Below, one piece after another: positions 25,812-36,420 of a stretch of DNA of 38,932 nt. Every line of letters starts with the position of its first letter. Position 1 is the stretch's first letter. The notes under the pieces were generated by a model, which saw only the letters and a program-made list of their open reading frames with translations, made no database searches and was not told where the DNA came from. A program made the translations under genes and the position numbers. Source of the stretch: Solirubrobacteraceae bacterium. Lineage in GTDB: Bacteria; Actinomycetota; Thermoleophilia; Solirubrobacterales; Solirubrobacteraceae. The stretch spans positions 1-38,932 of the forward strand of contig DASWFM010000103.1 of assembly GCA_036394235.1 (NCBI GenBank). Reading direction: 5' to 3'.

Positions 25812-26029
25812 CGGACGTCGACGGAGTCGTTCTGGCGATAGGTGCCGACGCCCCAGGCGCCGAGCAGCCAGCGCCAGCCGCTGATCCGGTCCTTGCGGAG
25901 CTCACGGGGGAAGACGAGCGCGCCTTCGCGCACCGTGAAGTCCTCGCCGAGCCGCTGCGGGACGCCATTGAGGTAGACCTCATAGGGATCCCGCACGTCC
26001 CGGGGCAGCCTGATCCTCGACGTCGCCAT
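25751..26029 (-). CDS. Hypothetical protein (92 aa)
   Basis: 'YEVYLNGVPQ..G.DF', 'GVGTYRQNDSVDVRY'. GATAAT is 6 nt upstream of the ATG. Overlaps the metF 3' end by 61 bp. Confidence 0.7.
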   Translation of the reverse strand: MATSRIRLPRDVRDPYEVYLNGVPQRLGEDFTVREGALVFPRELRKDRISGWRWLLGAWGVGTYRQNDSVDVRYEAADGSPRVAEGLEIELG

Positions 26030-26044
26030 CGCCGGATTATCGCC

Positions 26045-26815
26045 TCAGCCGGGCGCATCGGCGGGCGCGCGCCGAAGACGCGGCATTCCCGCCGCGGCGG
26101 AGAGCTGGCGGCGCGCGGCTCGCTCGACGGCGTCGCAGGCCTGCTCGGGAGTGTCGACGAGCTTGATCAGGTCGAGGTCGGTCGCATCGATCCGCCCGTT
26201 GGCCAGCGGCACCTCTCGCAGCCACTCGATCAGCCCGCGCCAGTCCTCGGAGCGGATCATCACCACCGGGACGCTCTGGATCGTCGCGGTCTGCACCAAC
26301 GTCAGCACCTCGAACAGCTCATCGAGTGTCCCGTAGCCGCCCGGGCACACCACGAAGGCGCTCGCGTAGCGCACGAACATCACCTTGCGCGCGAAGAAGT
26401 GCTCGAAGCGCAGGCCGATGTCGAGGTACGAGTTGAGATCCTGCTCGTGGGGCAGTTCGATGTTGCACCCGACCGACAGCGCGCCTGCTTCTTGTGCGCC
26501 GCGGTTCGCTGCCTCCATCAGCCCCGGTCCTCCGCCCGTGATCACCGCGAAGCCGGCCCGGCCGACGCACTCCCCCACTCGGCGGGTCAGCTCGTAGTCC
26601 GGATCGTCCTGCGCGGTGCGCGCCGAGCCGAACACGGTCACGGCCCGCTCGATCGAGGACAGCGCGCGAAACCCGCGCGCGAACTCCGCGGCGATGTCGC
26701 GTACGCGGTCCGCGTCGGCCGCGCGCACCTCGGGTGACTCGCCGTCGAGCCACAGCAGCAGCTCCTCGTCGAAGGTCGGACGGGGGCGTGGAGGCTCCGC
26801 ATCGGTCTCGCTCAC
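26045..26815 (-). CDS. LOG family (TIGR00730) nucleotide phosphoribohydrolase
   Basis: 'VTVFGSAR', 'ITGGGPGLMEAANRGA', 'FFARKVMFV' and 'PGGYGTLDELFE'. Confidence 0.93.
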   Translation of the reverse strand: MSETDAEPPRPRPTFDEELLLWLDGESPEVRAADADRVRDIAAEFARGFRALSSIERAVTVFGSARTAQDDPDYELTRRVGECVGRAGFAVITGGGPGLMEAANRGAQEAGALSVGCNIELPHEQDLNSYLDIGLRFEHFFARKVMFVRYASAFVVCPGGYGTLDELFEVLTLVQTATIQSVPVVMIRSEDWRGLIEWLREVPLANGRIDATDLDLIKLVDTPEQACDAVERAARRQLSAAAGMPRLRRAPADAPG

Positions 26816-26888
26816 CGCTGAAGCGTAGGGACCCGCGGGGCGAGCTCGCGGGTGTGCCGCCCGCTCTGCGTCGTAGCCTTCTGCGGCG

Positions 26889-27557
26889 ATGAGCGCCCCG
26901 TCCCCCGCGGAGATCCCCTACACCGTGCGTCGCTCGGAGCGCGCACGGCGAGTGCGCGTCAACGTCCATGCCCGCTCCGGCGTGGAGGTCGTGCTGCCCG
27001 CGCGGGCTCCGGAGCGCGAGGCGGCCGCGGCGATCAGCGAGCTGCGGCCGTGGATCGAGCGGCGCCTCGCCGAGGCTCGCGAGACGCTGGCCGCGATCGC
27101 CGAGCGGGGCTCCACGCTGCCCTACCTCGGCAGCACCCTGGACCTCGTCCCCGAGCCGGGCCGCACGCGGGTCCATAGGCGCGATTCACGACTGCTCGTC
27201 CCCGACGGCGATGCGCGGCCCGCGATCGAGCGCTTCTACCGGCGCGCCGCGCGGGCCGAGATCGCGCCCCGTCTCGACGCCGCCTGCGCCGCGGCGGGGC
27301 TGAGCTACAGCGGCCTGGACATCCGGGCGCAGCGCACGCGCTGGGCCTCCTGCTCCTCGCGCGGGCGGATGAGCTTCAACTGGCGCCTGCTGCTCGGGCC
27401 CGAGCGGGTGCTCGAATACGTCGTCTGGCACGAGGTCTGCCATCTGCAGGTGCTCGACCACTCGCCGCGCTTCTGGGCGCTGCTCGCGCGCCACTGGCCC
27501 GGCTGGCGCGAGGATCGCGCCTGGCTCAGCCGGAACGGCGCGACGCTGGCGCTGTGA
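26889..27557 (+). CDS. YgjP/DUF45-like (M48/SprT-type) zinc metalloprotein
   Basis: 'VRRS.RARR', 'RWASCS', 'FNWRL' and 'YVVWHEVCHL...DHSPRFW'. Confidence 0.9.
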   Translation: MSAPSPAEIPYTVRRSERARRVRVNVHARSGVEVVLPARAPEREAAAAISELRPWIERRLAEARETLAAIAERGSTLPYLGSTLDLVPEPGRTRVHRRDSRLLVPDGDARPAIERFYRRAARAEIAPRLDAACAAAGLSYSGLDIRAQRTRWASCSSRGRMSFNWRLLLGPERVLEYVVWHEVCHLQVLDHSPRFWALLARHWPGWREDRAWLSRNGATLAL

Positions 27558-28218
27558 TCGTCGGAACCGGCGACGAGACGCCCGGGGCGGGGGGATCTGT
27601 GACGGGCCCGTCGGAGAGCACGAGCGCCACGAGGTGCGCGCGGGTGTGAGCGCCCGTCTTGGACATCGCGTTGCGCACGTGGCTGCGGACCGTCTCGGGC
27701 GAGAGCGACAGCTCGGTGGCGATGCGCCGCGTATTCGCCCCGAGGGCGACCAGCCGCACGACCTGGCGCTCGCGTGGGGTGAGCTTCGATCCGTGCGGGC
27801 CGGCGGACTCGACCTGGCTGCTGCCGATCAGCTCCCCGCCGTGGGGTAGGCGCGCCGAGAGGGTCACCACGAGAACCTGCCGGTTGCCGCCGACGGTGAT
27901 GACGTGGGCCGCGTAGGTGACGTGCAGCTGGGTGCCGCAGGCGTGTTCGACGATGCGTTGGCCGTAGAGCTGGCCGCTGCGGACGAGCTGCTCCCAGCGG
28001 TCGGGGATCCCGTCGCGTTCGTCGACGACCATGCTGTCGGCACGGCTCCCGAGCAGCTGCGAGCGCGGGTACTCCCAGAAGTTGACGAGCGCGTCGTTGA
28101 CCCTGACGTACCGCCGCTCGCGGTCGAGCAGCGCCATCGGGATCCTGGAGTGCTCGAAGATCGACCAGAACGACAGCGCTGCGTCGGTCGCCTCGAGTTC
28201 GGGAAAGGGGTCAGCCAT
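27526..28218 (-). CDS. PAS-domain + LuxR-type HTH transcriptional regulator
   Basis: PAS 'IFEHSRIPMALLD...YVRVND'. HTH 'LTPRERQVVRLVALG...IATEL.LSPETVRSHVRNAMSK.GAHTR'. Confidence 0.88.
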   Translation of the reverse strand: MADPFPELEATDAALSFWSIFEHSRIPMALLDRERRYVRVNDALVNFWEYPRSQLLGSRADSMVVDERDGIPDRWEQLVRSGQLYGQRIVEHACGTQLHVTYAAHVITVGGNRQVLVVTLSARLPHGGELIGSSQVESAGPHGSKLTPRERQVVRLVALGANTRRIATELSLSPETVRSHVRNAMSKTGAHTRAHLVALVLSDGPVTDPPAPGVSSPVPTITAPASRRSG

Positions 28219-28316
28219 ATCCGCGGCGCGGGTAGGGATAAGCGGAGCCTATGCGAGGGCCCGGCGGCGCCGGGACTTTCTTCGAGCTTTGCCGCGGCGG
28301 CCGCGGCCTCGCCGGA

Positions 28317-29657
<1,341 letters not shown>

Positions 29658-29743
29658 CTGCGTCTCCTATCCGCGCGTTCGGTGCTCTGCGTTTCGATTA
29701 TGGGGCATGCGCAGGGCTCGCCCGCCGCGGGGAGCTCCGGTGC

Positions 29744-30016
29744 TCAGACACGCCGTCCGTGGCGCAGCGTGGCGACAGAGCGCATTCGCGGCGGCGCCGC
29801 AGGCATCGCACCGCCGTGGGGGCCGCGCCGGGGCCGGCGCGGCGGGCGGCTGCGGGGATGGTGGGGATGAACGGGACGCGGCCGCGGACCGATGCCGCCG
29901 TCCGCTCCCGCTTCCGTCTCGGGCGTCTGCTTGACGGCCCAGCGGACGATCAGGAAAAGAGCGACGATCGGGATCTTCAGGAAGACCATCAGCCAGAGAA
30001 AGGTCCACATGTCCAC
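29744..30016 (-). CDS. Small single-pass membrane protein with Pro/Arg-rich tail
   Basis: 'MWTFLWLMVFLKIPIVALFLIVRWAV'. TATGAT is 8 nt upstream of the GTG (alternative ATG at 30010). Confidence 0.7.
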   Translation of the reverse strand: MDMWTFLWLMVFLKIPIVALFLIVRWAVKQTPETEAGADGGIGPRPRPVHPHHPRSRPPRRPRRGPHGGAMPAAPPRMRSVATLRHGRRV

Positions 30017-30111
30017 TGGTGACGATCATACCCCGTGGGGGCGGAGCGGAACCCGAGGGTGCGGGGTGTTCGCAGGTCCTGTCGCCGAGTGCCGCCGGGC
30101 CCTCCGGAGGG

Positions 30112-31074
30112 TCAGTCGCGGAGTGCGAGCGGGGCCGCGCTGAAGTGGGTCATCGCCTGGAGCTGCTCGACGCGGGCGGCGATCTCGCGGGCCTCGAGTC
30201 GCTCGATGCGCTCAGTGCCGAACTCCTCGACGTTGAAGGAGGCCAGCACTGTCGCATGGGCCATCGCGCGGCGCATGAGCTCGTCGCTCAACTCCTCGCC
30301 GGGGTGCGCGGCGACGTAGCCGACGAGGCCCCCGGCGAACGTGTCGCCGGCGCCGGTCGGGTCGATCACCGTCTCCAGGGGGTAGGCGGGGAGCGCGAAG
30401 AAGCTCTCCGGCGTGATGAGCGCCGCTCCGTACTCGCCCTGCTTGGCGACGACCATGCTCGGTCCCCGGCCGGGGGCGCCCGCGGGAGGCTTCCAGGAGA
30501 GGACCTCGCGGGCCGCGCCCAGGAGGTTCGGCTTGCCGGTCAGCTGGCGCAGCTCGGCGTCGTTGAGGATCACGCAGTCGACGCCCTCGATCGCGGCCAC
30601 CAGCGAGTCGCGGGCGATGTCGATCCACAGGTTCATCGAGTCGAGCGCCACGAAGCGGGCGTCGGGGAGCTGGGCGCGGACCTCGCGCTGGAGGTCCGGT
30701 TGGATGTTCGCGAGGAACAGCACGTCGCTCGCTCGGGCGCTTCCGGGGAGCTTCGGCTGAAAGCCCTCGAAGACGCCGAGCTGGGTGTCCAGCGTCTCGC
30801 GGCTGTTGAGATCCCAGCCGTACTCGCCGTGCCAGAAGAACGTCTTCCCGCCCGCGACGCGCTCGATGCCGCTGACGTCGACGCCGCGGCGGGTCATCAC
30901 CTCGATCTGCTCGTCCCCGAAGTCGTCCCCGACGGGACCCACGACGCGGACGTCGTCGAAGAAGGATGCGGCCAGCGAGAAGTGCACGGCGGCGCCTCCG
31001 AGCATCCGCTCGCGCTCCCCGAAGGGCGTCTTGACGGTGTCAAAGGCGATCGATCCAACGACGGTTATAGGCAT
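30112..31074 (-). CDS. PfkB/ribokinase family kinase
   Basis: 'VVGSIAFD', 'LGGAA', 'NDAE', 'KQGEYGA' and 'DPTGAGDTFAGG'. Confidence 0.93.
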   Translation of the reverse strand: MPITVVGSIAFDTVKTPFGERERMLGGAAVHFSLAASFFDDVRVVGPVGDDFGDEQIEVMTRRGVDVSGIERVAGGKTFFWHGEYGWDLNSRETLDTQLGVFEGFQPKLPGSARASDVLFLANIQPDLQREVRAQLPDARFVALDSMNLWIDIARDSLVAAIEGVDCVILNDAELRQLTGKPNLLGAAREVLSWKPPAGAPGRGPSMVVAKQGEYGAALITPESFFALPAYPLETVIDPTGAGDTFAGGLVGYVAAHPGEELSDELMRRAMAHATVLASFNVEEFGTERIERLEAREIAARVEQLQAMTHFSAAPLALRD

Positions 31075-31135
31075 CGGCGGGCACCTTAGAGGACAGCCCG
31101 CGGCCTGGGGGTTCACTCCGATAGCCTCGGGGTCG

Positions 31136-32089
31136 ATGCGAGCGATCCAAATGACCGAGTTCGGGGGCCCGGAGGTGCTGCGGCTGGCCGATCTGCCGAG
31201 CCCGGTGCCGGGGCCCGGCGAGGCGCTGATAAGGGTCACGAGGGCTGGGCTCAACTTCGCCGATACGCACACGCGGACGAACTCCTACGTCCAGAAGGCC
31301 GAGCTGCCGCTGGTGCCGGGAGGAGAGGTCGCCGGTACGCTCGAGGAGACGGGGGAGCGGGTCGTGGCCCTGGTCGGCTCGGGCGGCTATGCGGAGCTCG
31401 CGGTGGCCCCGAGTGAGCGGATCTTCTCGATCCCGGATGACGTCGATGACGGCACCGCGCTGGCGCTCGTGATCCAGGGCACGACGGCATGGCATCTGCT
31501 GCGGACGGCGGCCCGGATGGCCCCCGGCGAGAGCGTCGTCGTGCACTCTGCCGCCGGCGGCGTCGGCTCGCTCGCCACGCAGCTCGCCTCGGCCTTTGGC
31601 GCCGGCAGGGTGATCGCTACGGCCTCGAGCGAGCAGAAGCGGGAGCTCGCGCGGGCGCTCGGCGCCGAGGTGGCCGTGGCGCCGGACCCCGACGGGCTCA
31701 CCGAGCGGCTGATCTCGGCCAACGAGGGACGCGCCCTCGACGTGGTGCTCGACTCCTCCGGCGGGGAGGTGTTCGACGCCTCGATCAAAGCGCTGGCTCC
31801 CTTCGGCCGGATCGTGGTCAATGGGATCGCGACGGGGGAAGCAAACGAGGTGCGGACCGGATCGCTGCTGCGCCACTCCCGATCGGTGATCGGCTTCTAT
31901 CTGTTCCATGCCCTGGAGCGCCCGGGGATGTTCGCGGAGGCGCTGTCCGATCTCTTCGCCCGTGCCGCGGCCGGCGAGCTGCGGGCGATCGTCGGACAGA
32001 CTTATCCCCTCGAGCAGGCCCCGCAGGCGCAGATCGATCTCACGGCGCGGCGCACAACCGGCAAGTTGCTGCTCGACCCGACGATCTAG
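31136..32089 (+). CDS. NADPH:quinone oxidoreductase (zeta-crystallin/MDR family)
   Basis: 'FGGPEVL', 'GLNFAD', 'PGGEVAG', 'HSAAGGVG' and 'RTTGKLLL'. Confidence 0.92.
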   Translation: MRAIQMTEFGGPEVLRLADLPSPVPGPGEALIRVTRAGLNFADTHTRTNSYVQKAELPLVPGGEVAGTLEETGERVVALVGSGGYAELAVAPSERIFSIPDDVDDGTALALVIQGTTAWHLLRTAARMAPGESVVVHSAAGGVGSLATQLASAFGAGRVIATASSEQKRELARALGAEVAVAPDPDGLTERLISANEGRALDVVLDSSGGEVFDASIKALAPFGRIVVNGIATGEANEVRTGSLLRHSRSVIGFYLFHALERPGMFAEALSDLFARAAAGELRAIVGQTYPLEQAPQAQIDLTARRTTGKLLLDPTI

Positions 32090-33520
32090 ATGAGCAAGTC
32101 ATTTGCCGAGCTCGGTCTTTCCGAGCCCACCCTCCGCGCCCTTCAGGACGTCGGCTACGAGTCCCCGAGCCCGATCCAGGAAGAGGCGATCCCGTCCCTG
32201 CTGGCGGGACGCGACGTGATCGGCCAGGCGCAGACGGGGACCGGCAAGACGGCCGCCTTCGGACTGCCGATCATGGAATACATCGACCCCGCGGAGCACG
32301 CCGTTCAGGCGCTCGTGCTGACGCCGACGCGCGAGCTCTGCATCCAGGTCACCCAGGCGCTACGGGTCTACGGCGCGCACAAGGGAGTCGACGTCGTCGC
32401 CGTCTTCGGGGGCGCGCCGATCCGTACCCAGCAGGCCCAGCTGCGGGCAGGCGGGCACGTCGTCGTCGGCACCGTGGGCCGCGTCCTCGACCTGATCTCC
32501 CGGCACTCCCTGATGCTCACCGACTGTCGCTTCGTGGTGCTCGACGAGGCCGACGAGATGCTCGACCTGGGCTTCCTCGAGGACGTCGAGAGAATCCTCG
32601 CGCTGACGCCTTCGAGCCGGCAGACGGCGCTCTTCAGCGCGACGATCCCGCCGCCGATCCGCAAGCTCGCGGATCGCTACATGTACGAGCCGGAGATCAT
32701 CAAGGTCGAGGCGGCCACGCTGACGATCGACACCGTTGCGCAGTTCCAGCTTCCGGTGGACGCCCGGCACAAGCCCGAGATGCTCGTCGAGGTGCTGAGC
32801 GCCGAGAAGCCCGACCAGGCGATCGTGTTCGTGCGCACCAAGATCCGCGCCGACCAGCTGTTCAGGACGCTGAAGGACCGCGGCATGAACGTCAGGGCAC
32901 TGCACGGCGACATGACCCAGGGCTCCCGGGACGGCGTGATGCTGGCGTTCAAGGGCGGACGCGTGCCGATCCTGGTCGCGACCGACGTGGCCGCCCGCGG
33001 CCTCGACATCTCGACGGTCACCCACGTGATCAACTACGACGTGCCGACGAGCCCCGACACGTATGTGCACCGCATCGGCCGCACCGGTCGGGTCGGGCGC
33101 TCCGGGCGGGCGATCACGTTCGTAGAGGATCGCCAGAAGCGAGAGCTCGAGGCGATCGAACGGCACATCGGGACGAGCATCGCGAAGTGGGAGAAGGGCG
33201 CCTCAGCCCCCCCGACCCCCGTCCAGGAGCGGCCTCGACGGCACTCCAAGCCAAAGATCTCCCGACGCGATGACGACGAGCCCTACGTCAAGCTCGTGCT
33301 GGGCGGCGGCCGGGCTTCGGGGCTGAAGGTGGCCGACATCGTGGCTGCCGTCACCTCCTCCGCGGGGCTCGACGGGGAGGCCGTTCGCGACGTGCTCGTC
33401 CTCGATCGCTTCTCGTTCCTGTCGGTGCCTGCGAGCGAGGCCGAGGACGTGATCGCGGCGATCGACGGCAAGCAGGTCAACGGCCACAGCATGAGCCTCG
33501 AGCGGGTCGGGGTACAGTAG
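32090..33520 (+). CDS. deaD: DEAD-box RNA helicase with C-terminal DbpA-type RNA-binding domain (DeaD/CsdA-like)
   Basis: Q motif, 'AQTGTGKT', 'PTREL', 'DEADEM', 'SAT', 'ARGLD' and 'HRIGRTGR'. C-terminal 'G....G....DIV.A......G....D....D.FSF..V'. Confidence 0.92.
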   Translation: MSKSFAELGLSEPTLRALQDVGYESPSPIQEEAIPSLLAGRDVIGQAQTGTGKTAAFGLPIMEYIDPAEHAVQALVLTPTRELCIQVTQALRVYGAHKGVDVVAVFGGAPIRTQQAQLRAGGHVVVGTVGRVLDLISRHSLMLTDCRFVVLDEADEMLDLGFLEDVERILALTPSSRQTALFSATIPPPIRKLADRYMYEPEIIKVEAATLTIDTVAQFQLPVDARHKPEMLVEVLSAEKPDQAIVFVRTKIRADQLFRTLKDRGMNVRALHGDMTQGSRDGVMLAFKGGRVPILVATDVAARGLDISTVTHVINYDVPTSPDTYVHRIGRTGRVGRSGRAITFVEDRQKRELEAIERHIGTSIAKWEKGASAPPTPVQERPRRHSKPKISRRDDDEPYVKLVLGGGRASGLKVADIVAAVTSSAGLDGEAVRDVLVLDRFSFLSVPASEAEDVIAAIDGKQVNGHSMSLERVGVQ

Positions 33521-33524
33521 GCCC

Positions 33525-33983
33525 ATGTCCACCGTCACGATGAAGACCACAGAGGGGCCGATCGTCTTTGAGCTGTTCGACGAGGAGGCGCCGAAGACCG
33601 TCGAGAACTTCCGTAAGCTGGCCGGCGACGGCTTCTACGACGGCCTCACCTTCCACCGTGTGATCAAGGACTTCATGATCCAGGGGGGATGTCCGCAGGG
33701 GACGGGCACGGGTGGACCCGGCTACACCTTCGAGGACGAGATCAACCCGCACAAGATCGTGCGAGGCGCGCTGGCGATGGCCAACGCCGGACCCAACACG
33801 AACGGCTCCCAGTTCTTCATCGTCACCGCCGAGGCCTGCCCCTGGCTGGACGGCAAGCACACGGTCTTCGGCCAGGTCACGGAGGGTATGGATGTCGTCG
33901 ACCGCCTCGAGGGCGTGCAGACCGATGGTGCCGACCGCCCCGCCGAGCCGATCGGGATCGACGCGCTCGAGCTGAGCGAGTAG
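33525..33983 (+). CDS. Cyclophilin-type peptidyl-prolyl cis-trans isomerase
   Basis: 'APKTVENF', '[13 protein letters not shown]', '[16 protein letters not shown]' and '[10 protein letters not shown]'. Confidence 0.96.
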   Translation: MSTVTMKTTEGPIVFELFDEEAPKTVENFRKLAGDGFYDGLTFHRVIKDFMIQGGCPQGTGTGGPGYTFEDEINPHKIVRGALAMANAGPNTNGSQFFIVTAEACPWLDGKHTVFGQVTEGMDVVDRLEGVQTDGADRPAEPIGIDALELSE

Positions 33984-34063
33984 CTGCGCTCCGTCGCCGG
34001 CCGCATGGCCGCCTTCGGAGTAACCTTCCTCGCAAGGGTTGAACGAGCGCAGGGGAGGGCCTG

Positions 34064-35617
34064 ATGGCCACTGTCGAGCAGCAGGTGTCTGAGACGCAAA
34101 ACGGCGCGACGACGACGATCGCCGGTGGGATCCCGGTCGAAAACCCGGCGACGGGGGAGACGATCGCGACCGTTCCGGAGATGAGCGCCGAGCAGGTGGC
34201 CGAGATGGCCGCGCGCGGCAGGGCCGCCCAGCCCGAGTGGGAGGCCTTCGGGTTCGAGGGCCGCGCGCGCGTGATGCTGCGAGCTCAGAAGTGGATCATG
34301 GACAACGCCCAGCGGGTGATCGAGACGATCTGTGCGGAGACGGGCAAGACCTTCGAGGACGCCGAGTTCGCCGAGATCGGCTATGCCGGCAACGCCTTTG
34401 GCTTCTGGGCGAAGTACGGACCCGAGTACCTCGCCGACGAGCGGATCAAGTCCAGCCAGGTGCTGGTGAAGGGCAAGAAGATCATCAGCCGCTACCGCCC
34501 GCTCGGGCTGATCGGCGTGATCGGGCCCTGGAACTACCCCCTGACGAACTCCTTCGGCGACTGCATCCCGGCGCTGATGGCCGGCAACAGCGTGATCCTG
34601 AAGCCCTCGGAGATCACGCCTCTTACCTCGCTTCTGCTCGCCGAGGGGTTGCGCGAGTGCGGGCTCCCGGAGAACGCGTTCCAGGTCGCCACGGGGCGCG
34701 GCGAGACCGGCGCGGCGCTGATCGAGCAGGTCGACATGATCATGTTCACGGGCTCGACGAAGACCGGCCGCAAGGTCGCCGAGGCGGCGGCCCGGCGGCT
34801 GATTCCCGCGTCGCTCGAGCTCGGCGGAAAGGACCCGATGATCGTGCTCTCCGATGCCGATCTCGAGCGGGCCGCGAACTTCGCGACCTACTACTCGATG
34901 CAGAACGCAGGCCAGACCTGCATCTCGATCGAGCGCGTCTACGTCGAGGAGCCCGTGTACGACGAGTTCGTCGCCAAAGTGTCCGAGAAAGTGCGGGAGC
35001 TGCGGGTCGGAAAGCCTGAGGGCCCGGGCTCCGTCGAGGTCGGTGCGATCACCTTCCCGCCGCAGATGGACACGATCAAGGACCACGTCGCGGACGCGAT
35101 CCAGAAGGGCGCAAGAGTGCTGACCGGCGGCCACCAGGCACCCGGTGCGGGTCGTTTCTTCGAGCCGACCGTGCTCGTCGACGTCGACCACACGATGAAG
35201 TGCATGACCGAGGAGACATTCGGGCCGACGCTGCCGATCATGAAGGTGCGCGACGAGGACGAGGCGGTGCGGCTGGCCAACGACTCGCCCTACGGCCTCG
35301 GCGCATCGGTCTTCTCACGCAACACCGCCCGCGGCGAGGCGATCGCCCGGCGCGTGGAAGCGGGTGCGGCCAACGTCAACGACGCGATGATCAACTACAC
35401 GGTGCTCGAGCTGCCGATGGGCGGCGCCAAGGCCTCGGGCCTCGGCTCTCGCCACGGCGCGGGGGGCATCCGCAAGTACGCCTCCCAGCAGGCGATCGTG
35501 GTGACGCCGAAACTGGCCATGAAGAAGGAACTCTTCATGTACCCCTACAAATCGCGCACCTCGAAGCTGCTGGCCGGCGTGTTCAAGTTCATGTACGGGC
35601 GGGGGAAGCGGGCCTAG
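34064..35617 (+). CDS. Aldehyde dehydrogenase family protein
   Basis: 'PWNYP', 'KPSEITP', 'FTGST', 'LELGGKDP', 'NAGQTC' and 'EETFGP'. Confidence 0.95.
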   Translation: MATVEQQVSETQNGATTTIAGGIPVENPATGETIATVPEMSAEQVAEMAARGRAAQPEWEAFGFEGRARVMLRAQKWIMDNAQRVIETICAETGKTFEDAEFAEIGYAGNAFGFWAKYGPEYLADERIKSSQVLVKGKKIISRYRPLGLIGVIGPWNYPLTNSFGDCIPALMAGNSVILKPSEITPLTSLLLAEGLRECGLPENAFQVATGRGETGAALIEQVDMIMFTGSTKTGRKVAEAAARRLIPASLELGGKDPMIVLSDADLERAANFATYYSMQNAGQTCISIERVYVEEPVYDEFVAKVSEKVRELRVGKPEGPGSVEVGAITFPPQMDTIKDHVADAIQKGARVLTGGHQAPGAGRFFEPTVLVDVDHTMKCMTEETFGPTLPIMKVRDEDEAVRLANDSPYGLGASVFSRNTARGEAIARRVEAGAANVNDAMINYTVLELPMGGAKASGLGSRHGAGGIRKYASQQAIVVTPKLAMKKELFMYPYKSRTSKLLAGVFKFMYGRGKRA

Positions 35618-35634
35618 GGCGGACGGAGACAAGC

Positions 35635-35677
35635 AGGAAGAGGAAGAGGAAGAGGAAGAGGAAGAGGAGAAGGAGAG
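35635..35677 (+). repeat. Polypurine tract containing (GGAAGA)x5
   Basis: 35636..35665 holds five exact GGAAGA units followed by GGAGAAGGAGAG. There are 43 consecutive purines. Confidence 0.9.
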
Positions 35678-35678
35678 C

Positions 35679-35731
35679 GCGATAGCAGTGGTATTTACCT
35701 CCGCCGCGGCGGTAGATACCACTGCTATCGC
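35679..35731. repeat. 21-bp inverted repeat (long hairpin) between convergent genes; possible bidirectional terminator or REP-like element
   Basis: GCGATAGCAGTGGTATTTACC (35679..35699) and GGTAGATACCACTGCTATCGC (35711..35731) are complementary at 20/21 positions, the other being a U-G pair. Confidence 0.85.
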
Positions 35732-35763
35732 TTGGTCTCGCGAGAGACCCTGGCCCCCGATCC

Positions 35764-36420
35764 TCAGGCTGCGTCCGCCTCCCGCAGCGGTACCCCCAGC
35801 AGCTCTTCCAGCTGCGGGATCGTCGTCTCGTCGCTCGTGTGGTGGATCGTGGCCATGCCGAGTTCCTCCGCCGGGGTGAGGTTGAAGGGCAGGTCGTCGA
35901 CGTAGACGCACTCCGCCGGCTCCACGCCCGCGCGTTCGGCGCCGAGTTCGTACATCTTGCTGGCGGGCTTGCGGATGCCCTCTTCGGCGGAGATCACCAC
36001 GCCGTCGAACAGTTCGTCCATGATGTCGTGCGGGTAGCGGTGCACGCCCCAGGAGTTGGACACGAGGGCCGTCCGCACCCCGGCCTTACGGGCGAGCCTC
36101 ACCGCGTCGACCATCGCCTCGTCCGGCTCGACGCCGGCGAACATCCCGTCGATCAGCCCGTCGGGCTCGACCTCGAGGAGCTCCGCAAAGCGTTTCTCGA
36201 AGGCCCCCTCATCGAGTGCGCCCGTCTCCAGGGCGATCAGCAGCTTGCGGGCCTCGGGATCGGTGCGGAAACGCCCGAGCAGCAGCTTCGGGTCGATCTC
36301 GGCGGCGAGGCAGTAGGCGTGGAAGGAGGCGAACAGGTTCGTCGTAAGGACTCCGCCCCAGTCGATCAGCAGCGCAGTCCGAAGCCGCTCGCCGTCGCCC
36401 GCGGGCTGCTCAGCCGTCAT
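35764..36420 (-). CDS. HAD-IA family hydrolase/phosphatase
   Basis: 'LLIDWGGVL', 'LVSNS', 'SAEEGIRKP' and 'YVDDL..NL..A..LGM'. It overlaps the upstream kinase gene. Confidence 0.9.
   Translation of the reverse strand: MTAEQPAGDGERLRTALLIDWGGVLTTNLFASFHAYCLAAEIDPKLLLGRFRTDPEARKLLIALETGALDEGAFEKRFAELLEVEPDGLIDGMFAGVEPDEAMVDAVRLARKAGVRTALVSNSWGVHRYPHDIMDELFDGVVISAEEGIRKPASKMYELGAERAGVEPAECVYVDDLPFNLTPAEELGMATIHHTSDETTIPQLEELLGVPLREADAA

Noticed and set aside
35636..35731. CRISPR array, or the poly-Ser/poly-KR ORFs crossing this region
   Set aside because: A hexamer tandem repeat with no spacers, and no cas genes. The low-complexity peptides are just translations of the repeat.
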